Source: Pavona decussata (Eukaryota). From it: a DNA stretch of 64,000 bases. The stretch spans positions 1,860,001 through 1,924,000 of the forward strand of contig CDRNST010000318.1 in NCBI GenBank assembly GCA_977016875.1, read 5' to 3'. This document shows, piece after piece, positions 1 to 11,600 of the stretch (positions are counted from its first letter, which is position 1; the number at the start of each line of letters is the position of its first letter). The notes beneath the pieces were generated by a model, which made no database searches, was not told the DNA's origin, and worked only from the letters and a program-made list of their open reading frames with translations. Position numbers and translations under genes: made by a program.

Positions 1-536
1 ATAATAAAGCATGTATCAGTACCAGAGAAAAGCATGCCTCAACAATTTTCATTTTGAGTGCCACACTTAAAGATTTCATCCACATTCTGTAAAGTTAGCA
101 ATATAAGTTGTAAGCATCAACACACTTTCTTGTAACTACACATGATGCGAACCTTGGAGATAGAAAATAATATTAATGAAGAGGCATGGATGAGTCATAT
201 CAGAATATAAACAAGCTGCATCTTGCATGCACATCAATGGAGATTATAGTCCTTATGCAACAATGGCTGATATTTTAATATTCTTGTCTACATTCAAATT
301 AGCCCTACTAGCCTCATTCAAGGTAAAAATAATATTCTTTTGATTTTTGAACTCAAGAACAAGGTTAGCAGGGCTAATTTGAATGCAACCAAAAGAATAT
401 CAAAGTGTCAGCCATTTTTTACACACTATGATCATGCCATTGGTGAAAATTACCTATTGCCATTACTGACAAGGGTAGATAAGATACAGTAGAAGTACTT
501 CGATTGAGTTAATAAATTACACTGCTTTCTTGTTAG

Positions 537-3500
537 GGTCATAAAGTTCTTCGTATTGATGGGACCATTACTAAGACAGATGACAGACAGCACCTTATAA
601 ACACTTTTCAGACAGACCCATCTTACTCATGTTTCCTTCTCACTACACAGGTTTGTACACATTTAGTATTGACTTTTCAGAACAACATATTGAGTAAATT
701 TTACATGACTTTGTACACATTGGGGATGATTTTAAATTGATCTCACTGACAAATGCAATGCAACTATGTGAGGGTTTTTCACTTCCATCCCATATTCAGA
801 AACACTTCAAATCACAAACCTAAAAGCAAAGGATCTATGCAAGGCTGATGGTCCAGGAGCAAACAGTACTTACAGTGCAACGCGCCTTACCGTGGCCACC
901 CAACAAACTTTTTTTACAAGTTAATTCGTGTATCCTGATTGGCTAACTTGTAAAACAAAGTTTGTTGGGTGGCCACGGTAAGGCGCGTTGCACTGTAACT
1001 TGTAATAAAAAGCACAAGGATTGACTGGACATAATAATTATATAATATTTTATTCTTGTAGGTTGGAGGTGTGGGACTCACTCTCACAGCAGCTGATCGT
1101 GTGGTGATCTGTGAGTTTACAGGGTTTGAACGACTTAATATAAATGGATAAAATCAAGAAAAGGAGAGTTTCAGTGGCTCACTCATGAAATATTGTCAGC
1201 AACATAATCTTAAGAAAATGTTGTGTTGCAATAGTGTGGTAAAATTGCAGGACCATGTAAGCTACTTTGACACTGTCTGGTAATTTGCAATAAGCCCTTA
1301 TTGTTTCAAAATAAGCTGAATAATTCTCAGCCAGGAGTTAGGTTCAACAATCGTTTACGGGTCATGTAACATTAACTGCATGTTACTTTTTGTACTCTGT
1401 AAAACTTCTGAATAATTTTTTCAGCCATTACGGGAATGAGAGTTATCACTTCACTCAAGTTTGGATTAAAATAGATCACCGATTACGTTCTGTCACCTCA
1501 AAGTTTCTACTGTTTCAAGATTTTAATAATTTTTTAATTTACACAGTTGATCCCAGCTGGAATCCAGCCACAGATGCACAAGCTGTGGATAGGTGAGATG
1601 TGTTTGTTGAGACAGTTTCTGTTGCAAAAACGTCTGTAAGGGCATGCAAGAGACCACAAATTGAAATTGGGAGTGATTCAGCTTTTTTGTGCCATGAGTA
1701 AATTATTGACATTTTCTGGTTCACAAGGTGATGGAGCTTGTTTCACACAGTTGAAAATTCACGGAAGGTGATGTAGCAAAATGGTTAGTAGACTACGAGT
1801 AGTCCCCCATTTTTCTTCAGGGATAGTAGGGCAAGCGAAACGCGAGCGCGTGAAAATCACCCCACGCGAGAAAAGGCGACACGCGGCGGGAAGAGAGAAA
1901 AATGATTTTTCTCTCTCCCCGCCGCGTGTCGCCTTTTCTCGCGTGGGGTGATTTTCACGCGCGCTCGCGTTTCGCTCGCCCTACTATCCCTGAGGAAAAA
2001 TGGGGGACTACTCGTAGTCTAAATGGTTTAAGAACCCTGGAAGCTCCTAGAAGCACTACTTTTTCCATTCCATTTATGGTTTGCTACACAACTGTGGGTA
2101 TTGTGCTTCCAACAAGTAAGTCTGACTTCTGGAAGAGCTGATCAGTTGCGTTCTTTTTTAAATAGAGCGTACCGCATTGGTCAGAAGAAGACTGTGATCA
2201 TTTACCGACTCATTACTTGCGGAACTCTTGAAGAAAAAATCTACAGAAAGCAGATCTTTAAAGATGCGCTCATGAAACAGGCAACAGGGGTATCCAAGAA
2301 CCCTTTCAGGTGAGCATCTGCAGTGTTGTTAGACAAGTATAATTAATAGTACAGTGCTTAATCTTACTGATGCATTTACATGTATGTAGTAGAAAATGCT
2401 TAAATGCATTTTATTGTGTACTCTACAAAATTATTATTCCAGTCAGACATGATAATCGACATCAGCCTATTTGTGCTTTGCTGTTCATTGTGGGTCCCTT
2501 CATGATCTCACACCATCCAATATCATTGCTGTGGAGAGTACATCCTCTACCCTTTTTCAACACTTACACCAGTGACCTGATAGTTAATAAGTAGGAAATT
2601 GCAGGGCCAATTCCAAAACATCTGAAACACCCAAAGAATGTCTTCTAAACATGGTGTTTTTAAGTGTTGTCATTAATGGCCAGGAGTGCAAACCCACAAG
2701 CTAACTAAAGCCAATTGAAGGACTCGGGCGTAACCATCCTATAGTGCCTTTCAGATTGCCTCTTGTTGATTTAGTTCAGATTTGCCAGATTTTTTGCATG
2801 TGGCCTCCAATTTCTTCAGGAAACATTGCCTCAATGTTTTATCCACTGCTTTGCACTTTTTGTTTTGTGATAAAAACAAACATCTTGCCTTTAATAATGG
2901 GTTTTTACTCCAAATGAAGTGTAGAGACAAAAAATTCTTGGCTCAATGTTTTGTAAACTAAGGATTGAGGGTCATGTGTACACTGTATGTAAAACATCCT
3001 GCAAACCTGAGCTAAAAAGAACAACGCTGCATGCCCTTCATGCCTAATCAAGTAATGTTTACTGTCTTGCAGATATTTCACAAGACAAGAGCTGCGAGAC
3101 CTGTTCACCTTGGATGATCCATATACATCTAAAACCCAAATCCAGTTGGAGAAAATGCACGCACATCACAGAAAGACCGATGAAGAACTGGACAAGCACA
3201 TTGCTTTTCTTTGCTCACTGAGGAGTAAGTTTTTTTTAAGTCAAGAGTTCAGCCCTTCAAAAAGCACTGATGGCTGACAAAAAGCAATTCAGCTACTTGA
3301 CCAAGTGAAAAGGTTAAGCGAGCTGCTATTTTAGCGTGAATCTAAATACAACCAGCTCCAAGTGGGATGAGCATTCACAAGCTTAGGGTAATAAATAAAT
3401 GTACCCAGCCAATTTATTAACTGAGAACTAATAAAAATAAAATGAACACGAACTAAAAAAACTTCTTTTTACATTGTAACACAGCCACAGGAATGGTCAC

Positions 3501-6500
3501 ACAGCTTTCCACATTTCAATCTGTACTCAGATGTTTTTGCTGTCGTTAACTTGTTACATTCATTGGTACCGGGAGGTTCTATGTCTGATCTGGCTCAGGG
3601 AGTGTAAAAACTGATTTCTTTCTTGTGTTTGTTATAGCTTTGTTTGGTATCAGTGACCACGATTTGATGTATTCTCAGGAAGCTGTGGAGTCCACAGAAC
3701 TGGACAGCGCCCCTGAAAATGATGCCATCCAAGCCAGAGTAAGAAAATTATAGAGCTTCTCCACTGATTGTGACAAATGTAACTCTTGTGAACTTGCTTC
3801 ACAAACATTATGAAATAAAAAAAAAATGTTTTGTTTGTTGCAAAGTGTTCTTTTTCCAATAAATTACCACCAAACAACACAAGTTGTGTCTTTGCTAACT
3901 ACTATGAATACAACTACGTAGGTGATCTTGTCTTTTGGAATCATGAAAGGGTGTAGCTATCGTCATTCAAAGCAACTTTATAATTATTATCAAGTTCATT
4001 GCTCAAAAACTCAAAGTCAAATCTCATATTCGTAGTCATACTTGTACTTCTTTTTGGCGTGATCTGTGAATAAATGAGTTTTCAGTGAAAAACAATACCA
4101 TCAACCCTCAATAATATTAGTTAAAATATTAATGCCCCCACTCCCTCCCCCACCCCCTCCTTCCTTAAGTCTGAAGGCTTCTTCAAATGTCTGGGATAGA
4201 GAGTATGTTGCAAAGCACTACAATTACATTATTTTCTGCTTGCTGGCAATAACTGATTTTCTACTGAACATTTTAATTTCCATGATCAATGCAAATTTAG
4301 ACCTTCTCCCATTGTTTAATTGCACACTCAGGTTCTCCGAGCTCAGAATTTAATGGCATCTGAAGCCAGAGTCCCTGGCCAGATCGGACCAGCTGGTTCA
4401 AACCCCTCTACTGGTTTACCGCCTGAGAGAATAGCTTTACCACAAGGATTACGCCAGTCGCTGCCAGTTGACAAGGAAAACATGACAGCCAGGCAAAAGA
4501 TTCAAGCAAAAATTGACAGTGAAAGGTTCTTTGTCCCCAAAAAACAGGACACAATGAGATTTCAGCCGGGAAAACCTGTTAAGGTTTGTGAACATCTGTG
4601 TGTTACGCATGTTTCATGGCCATAAAAGACATGAGTAAGAGACCCTTAGAGTTTGAGCTAACTGCCAACCGGTTAGCTCAGTTGGTAGAGTGCTGGACTA
4701 CCGTGCGGGAGGTCGCGGGTTCAAACCCCGGCCGGACCACCACTCAGGGTCTTTAAATAACTGAGGAGAAAGTGCTGCCTTTGCTGTGACATCTGCAAAT
4801 GGTTAGACTCTAGTCTTCTCGGATAAGGACAATAAACCGTAGGCCCCGTCTCACAAACCTTGTTTGTAAATAGCTCTGTGGGACGTTAAAGAACCCACTC
4901 ACTGTTCGCAAAGAGTAGGGGACGTAGTTCCCGGTGCTGTGGTCTGGTCTTTGTGCGTATATTCCGTATATCCCGGGTCCGCAGTAATTGGCCTTAGCTG
5001 TTGCGGTATCCCTGTCCATATTGGACGAAGCTAAATAAATAAATAAATAGAAGTATGTTACTCACTATGTAAAAAAATAACATAAATGAGCTTCCTGGTA
5101 ATATGAATTGAGAAGATTTAGCCACAAATTTTGCTTACATTTTTTTACAAGTTTTTGAGCAATATTATTTTATTATTAATGCATAACTTAATTAATACTA
5201 GTTGTTCATATCTGGCAGTCAAGCATTATGCAAACACATTTAACCCTCTAAGCCCTAAAAGTGATCAGCATCAAATTTCTCCTTGTAAAATCAATGCTTA
5301 TTCAACCCCTGAGGCCATGAGAATTAAGGATATGATCACCTAACTAAAGGTGAATTTTCCTGATATTGTTACAGTTACTGTAATACCTTCTCCCCAGTAC
5401 TCTAATAAGGAAAGTGTGGGGACAAGATAGGAGAATTTGTTCTTTGATATTAGGGGTTAAAGGGTTAAGTGTCATGAATGGGTGTGTAATGCAGCTGCAA
5501 CATGGTGACAGTGTTCAATTTTTTTGTCCACAGACTTCTTTGCCGACACCAGCTGCAGGCCCTGGCCCCACAGTAGTGGATTTGTGTTCTCCAAGTCCAG
5601 AGAAAACATCCCCTCCTTTGCTGACACCAGCTGGTCCTAGCACCACAGCACTGAATTTTTGTACACTAAGTCCGGACAAAACATCCTCTCCTTTACTGGT
5701 ACCAGCTGACCCTAGCCCCAGGGTAGACGAGTCCCTTTTATTACTGGCTGAACTTGAGGCCCAGGATAAACAGGATGATGGAGTGGGTCTGGAGAAGGAA
5801 TTCGCTTCACTACAGATTGAAAACCAGAGCACCAATTCAGCACACAGTCTTTCACCTTTATGTGACGCTCGCTACACTTCCCCTGACAAACAGAGGTAAG
5901 TTTTTAGTGTTTTTGCTTCTTTGAATAGAAAAATCAGATTTGACAGGTTGCAGACTGTGCAAAATTTTAAAAACATGTGAACACTTTGATAAGCATGGAT
6001 TATCAATTTGACTTTAGCCAATCAACTGAGAACTTGCATAATTTCCAAGAAATGCAAATTTTACAAAAAGTTACTATTAGCCACTTGGCTATTTTTGGTT
6101 GAATACAGCAATGATTAATTGATTGACTAAAAGGCATTGATTGCTTTGTTATATTGCTCACTTGCTATGGATTTAAAAATCCTGTCCTGCTGCCCTGACA
6201 TCTTTAAATATCATGGTCAACAGTTATTTGAACAAAGTTTGGAAAGCCTACTAAGTACCACGGGCATTTTGTATTTATTTAGTACCTGCACATCTTATCA
6301 CCTGAGTTTGGTGCTTTAGAAAATAGCTCAAAACAGTTTACTTGGAACCACCAATTTTGAGCTAAACAAAAAAATTGACAAATTATAACTAAATATACAA
6401 AAAGTCACTGTTTTTTGGCATGTATTTAATCCCAACAGAATTGAGGAATCTTGCCATTCACCAACAACCAGTTGCTGCCCAACAGGCAAACATGTGTCTG

Positions 6501-7119
6501 AAAATGTCAACATACTGAAGTGCGAGTGTCTGATGTCTAAAAATGAAGAAGAGAGATATGATATGCTCATCAGTAATGGGAGGTTCGTTTGCTTGATGCC
6601 AAATGGCAGGAAATTTTATGTGACAATAAATTGTTTTCCAAGTGGGTGACCAACTACATCTTCGGTATTATACCCAACTGGAAGTAAAATTTCATGTTTT
6701 TATACATCTGAAACCTGATGAAGGAAAATTGATAAGGAAATTTTCTTTTTCAATTTTCATACAAGACCAACATGAAAACTGGAACAAGCAAAAAACAAAA
6801 ACAAAACATTCCGGTTATACTTACTTTAAGATAATATAAACTTTCTCTCCTGTTTTTAGATTTTCCTCCTAAATAGTTAGTATTGTTCCTTTGTCCCCAT
6901 TCCTCTCTCCCACAACACATACCAGTAACAGGACAATGTGTATTATTTTAATTTATATATTAATACTCTTCTTTTAAATTACTTCACAGGCAACTAGAGA
7001 ATGAAGGCAAGACAAAAGAGGCTCTTACACAGTACCTGAATGCCTTGAAGTTTAAAAGCAGTGACCTCAAGCTGCATTTGAAGGCCATGATTTTGATGCA
7101 GCAAGTATTCCCACAGTAA
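537..7119 (+). CDS. ERCC6L: ERCC6L / PICH SNF2-family DNA translocase, 3' part only (5' exons lie upstream of the window)
   Basis: Ten GT-AG exons in consistent phase: 537-650, 1062-1110, 1547-1592, 2166-2309, 3073-3224, 3638-3738, 4332-4583, 5534-5895, 6439-6582, 6990-7119. The spliced protein has the helicase-C motifs [63 protein letters not shown]. It also has the PICH-typical [25 protein letters not shown] and a C-terminal TPR-like helix pair ([29 protein letters not shown]). Confidence 0.93.
873..995. mobile_element. Tc1/mariner-type MITE
   Basis: About 50-bp near-perfect terminal inverted repeats with CAGTG...CACTG ends, flanked by TA on both sides. Confidence 0.8.
1789..2021. mobile_element. 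Palindromic (foldback) MITE with TAG...CTA termini
   Basis: The whole 233 bp is a near-perfect inverted repeat. The flanks aatggttag / aatggttta look like a degenerate 9-bp TSD. Confidence 0.8.
2750..2890 (+). repeat. Dispersed repeat, second copy at about 11862-12000
   Basis: Colinear similarity: ttcagattgc..tttttgcatgtggcct..ttcaggaaacattgc..ttttgtgataaaaa..atcttgcc. Confidence 0.7.
4661..5048 (+). mobile_element. tRNA-derived SINE with a Deu/Nin-like central domain
   Basis: A box TAGCTCAGTTGG and B box GGTTCAAACCC. The body ggataaggacaataaaccgtaggccccgtc..gggacgttaaagaaccc..aagagtagggg resembles the DeuSINE/Nin domain. Ends in a (TAAA)n tail. Confidence 0.8.
5244..5464. mobile_element. 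piggyBac-like MITE
   Basis: TTAA|CCCT...AGGG|TTAA ends. Related partial copies at about 39895-40030 and about 47760-47950. Confidence 0.75.
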
Positions 7120-8125
7120 TGTTGGCAGTCACTGAACTCTAAAAAAATGTTGTTTTTCCAGTTGCTGTTTCTTTGAAATTTATATTAAATAAATAATTTA
7201 TGAAAATCAAATTAAAAAATTAAAGATTCTAATTTAGGGGAGACAAAAGGACATCTTTGGATCAGCGTAAGGCTGCATCACAGCCAGGTTAATAATTTTG
7301 TTCAGTCATTTTACACTGGAATTGAACTGATAATAAATTTGTATGTTTAAATTGCAACAGCTCCAAATCATGGAGCAGCATTCAAAATAAATCGCGGTGT
7401 TACTAAATGTCAACTGTTGTCTTGTTTATGAAAAGCCTCAACTTCCTGAAAATTTTGCATCCCATGTGATTTTTCTCGTGCAATTTGGAATAAACACTTG
7501 AACGTAAATTTTTTCAAAGACCACAAATTGCACTTGCCCGAATTTGAAAAAAAAAATGCTTGTGCTTATCCAAATTGCACTCTAAATCACTGAGTGCACA
7601 GATATGACAACTCCCGCAAGTTAATAAGATCTTACAAGGGGACAACATTTTTTACATTCAAGAAACAGAAAACAAAGGCATTTAAATATAGAGACATTGC
7701 TCTATTGGACATTTATTGCAACCATAATAAAATTCTTTCTTAAATACTCTTGTTGTACAGAATATTACATTGTAAGTTGATTATATCACTACCAACAGCC
7801 CATGCCCATGTTCCCATGTTCCCCTGAATAAAATAAACTATTCCAGTATCATATTCACACAGTTTGCATTGGCCCAACAAATTTCACTGTTTGACAAACT
7901 TTTTAAATAACACACATTTAGCTTAAAGTTCTTGACTTAACTTTCTTTGGAGGTACATACAAATAAATAATTAAAATAGATTTTATCAGACAATCCACAC
8001 ATCTCAGTTTTCCATATAAATTCTCAGAGCCAAGTCTGGTCTATTGTTACTGAAGTTAAAAAAAAATTGTCACAAAATAACTTCATCTTTCATTTTTCAT
8101 TAAAATTCTCAAAGTCAAATGCAGT

Positions 8126-8568
8126 CTATTGGTTCTGAAGTGAAACAAGTTTCTCGACAAGCCATTTGTAGGTTTTCCTCTCATTCTCTAAAGAGTGATA
8201 TTCACTAACATACTTTTTGGCATTTGTTGTGAGATGAGTGCGGAGTGATGGAGACTCCTTTAGCTCTCTTGCAAGCTGAACAAATTCCTAGAAATAAAAG
8301 AAGTAGAATAATTATGTTAGTAGTTAACCACAACCAAAACAGAATGAAATAACCACACTTAGTCCACAATTTAGTCCACTTCTGAAGTGTTTTACATATT
8401 AACTTACCTCTGGTGTATCAAAGAGAAGTCCAGACTCTCTGTGTTGAATAACTGCTGAATTCCCAGGAATGTTCCGTGCCAGCACAGGGACACCCAAATT
8501 CATGGACTGTTATTTCAAAAACACAGGGAGGCTTACTGAGCAAAAGGCTTGTTTTCGTTAAACATTAC

Positions 8569-8614
<46 letters not shown>

Positions 8615-11600
8615 GGGACAATGATTTGATGTTTTTAAAGTACATTACACAAAAAGTACAGTGCAAGATGTGCTAGATACATAACATAATGCTTGACAAT
8701 GACAGTATCTGTTGAAGTACCTCAAGAAGTGCAGAAGCCATTCCTTCACTGGTTGAACTGTTTACAACAGCAAATGAATCTTGAATAGCAGCGTGAAGAT
8801 CACAAGCTGGCAATGGCTCCATAACAGCAACTCCTGGAAGCCTATTTAAAACGAATAAACAGGCATAAGCCATGAGTTTCAACAACGCAGAGCAATAATT
8901 GTTCAAAATAATTAATTCCACTCCATAGCAGATATTCTTTCTGAAAGATACTTTGTCTAATCCTTGCAGAGGAACAATTAAGTGGTCCTGTGAAATGGGT
9001 AAATGGTAACTGGTTTCTCAACATTATTTCGTACCTTTGGACTTCAGATTTGACTTTCCTTGCAAATTCAGTGTCAAGCTAAAATGAAACACTTTATTAA
9101 TTAAAACTAAAAAACAACAACAACAACAAAAAGTTCACTAAAAGTAAATGAATTAAAATCATGGAAGACTACAGCTATTAGCAACTTTCGCAGTTGAAAA
9201 AAGATGGTTAACTGTTTCACTCATTCAAAAACATCTGACTCTTATGTCTAATTATCACAAGTAAATAAATTCATAAATATGCAAGATTGGTTAGGTAAGA
9301 CACAAAAATATATAGAACAGCATTCATGTTAAAAAAAAATAACTGCAAGGCTTAAAAAATATTTCATGAATTAGCTTAGCATGACTTTTCTCAAAAGTCA
9401 AACAATTGAAGACTAGAAGAGTCCTGACTTGAATGTATGGTTGAATATTTCCTTACTTGCTTCAGTTCAAACTGATGAGAAAATAAATCACTCATGCTTA
9501 AATTGCTTCAATAAGTTACCCAGTAACAGCTTTTAGGAAGAACTGATGTCATAAGCTAGTCCACAAGTTCAGACCTCCTAGACCAGAAAAGAGAAGGAAA
9601 CAACTTTGAGAAAGTCAACAGTCAACCTTACCTCTGGCCCAACAATTATCAAATGGATGCGGCTGTCCTCTTTGTGCCACTCTAAAGGTAAACCAATCAT
9701 TGAAATGAAAGTCATAACTTGTCACGTAAATTATTGACAGATGATACCATGAGCAGAAGTCTGAACTTACAGATGGTTTTGACATTCCCACTTAAGCATA
9801 ACTAAATAAATGTGTATCATATCCAGGTATCCATTACTCTAGCCAGTGAGCCCTGGGTGGGGGGGGGGGGGGGGGAGAGGGGGGAGTTGGTAAAGGGGTA
9901 TGGCTGCCCACTTTTGGTTATAGATTATAAGGCTTACAGGACTGAAATTTTTAAAATCATTTCTGAAATGGTTAAACTCTATGGTTATCATAAGATGAAT
10001 ATATATGCCCTTTGCAAGCCAACCTGTGGGAAAACTACACTGAGTCACCAGGGTATGCCATAACTATCCTGATAGGGAAGAATTGTTGGTCACAGTCAAG
10101 TTGGTAGAGCAAGCATGTATTCATGTTATGTTTCTTTCACTTTAATGCCCCATCATCAACTTACATTACATGTATTTTATGAAATAAACTGCTTTAAAGA
10201 TATTAACATCATCACAATAAAATTATTGACTGACCTGCTATTGCTCCTGCCAGGAAGAGTGGATCTTTAACTCGTCTTAAACCAGCAACTAACATGAATA
10301 CAATCTGCGCAAATAAAACAGATTTCCATGTGTGTTAACTTAGCTGAAAACCCATAGACATGTTGGAATCCCGAACATAATGGTCCAGATTTCCATGCAA
10401 TTTTTTAGATAATTTTTGGCTTTATTTCCACTTTGGCATACAATTTACTGTAAAATTTAAGTTTTTATAAAATAAATATACTTACCAAGTCGGGATTGTT
10501 GCCTGATTCACAACAAGTACAGCTACTTAATGCTGAAGGATGTTTCAGTGGACCTATGTACAGCAGCGAATACAGCAAAATATAACCAATTAATTTCCAT
10601 GCATTCTCATTGGCCAAACTTGTCACATGGCACAAAATTGGATGGCAGTTATCAGATGATAACAGTTGTCCAATTTTTTTTTTTTTTTTGATGAAGAAAA
10701 AAACAATAACAAAGAAACAATGTCACAGTTTTACAGCTAAGTTGTCGGTAATCCAATCACAATTTAACAAAATTGAGTAAACTACTAAGCTTGCAGTTTT
10801 ATGGCTGCAATTGCACTATGGCCATCACTGGCTGTTTTATCTTTTCCACAGTAAAGCAGGCATGTTTCAGAAATCAATAAATTTGGAGGGTTAAACCATT
10901 ATAAAATAAATCAATCCCTTTCCAGCCTGCTGGTATGTTAGAGGATAATATCCTTGGTTTAAAGATTGTCCTCAAAATTTCACAGTTGCCCTTGAAGCTT
11001 CACTTCTTGGCAAACTGTTAAATTTTCAGGCAATTTTTCCACCTCAGGCATTATCCTCTGATCAATATACCAGCCACCTGAAGGGGTCTATTAACTAAAT
11101 ATATAGTAGTTTATCAGACGGTTTTATTGTCCAGGTATCTTTAATTGTCATGCATGTAATGGAAAAGAAGCCCGGGGGGTACTCCATTATGGGCTATATA
11201 GGTATGTGCGGCGCCAAAGGGTATGGTTTTTCGGCTGTTTTGGTCATAAATAGGGTATCGCTTTTAGCCATTTTGCCGCCATTTTGGTAATAAATAGGGT
11301 ATAGATTTTTGCACTCTAGTCCTGGGTTCGATTTTTTTTAGAAGAAGCTACTTCAGGTCATAAATAAGGTAGGGAAAATCGCAGATCTTGGTCATAAATA
11401 GGGTAAGGGTTTTGGGAAGTGGGCTGCACACCCCTACCCAATTCCCCTACCCAATTCCCCCCCGGGAAGAGAAGGCATAAATAAATGTTAGTAATTCAAT
11501 GACAAAATTTTACTATTTTCTTACTTTTGATTTTTCTCAAATATTCATGTAACTTGAATCCTGAAGGTGCAACACAAACCGCTGAATAGAAATGAGTTAT

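Noticed and set aside
1902-2141. 79-aa ORF
   Set aside because: It begins inside a palindromic MITE in an ERCC6L intron and runs on into intronic sequence.
4661-4740. tRNA gene
   Set aside because: A and B boxes are present, but there is no proper acceptor stem, it continues into a SINE body and tail, and a second copy exists at 37676-38030.
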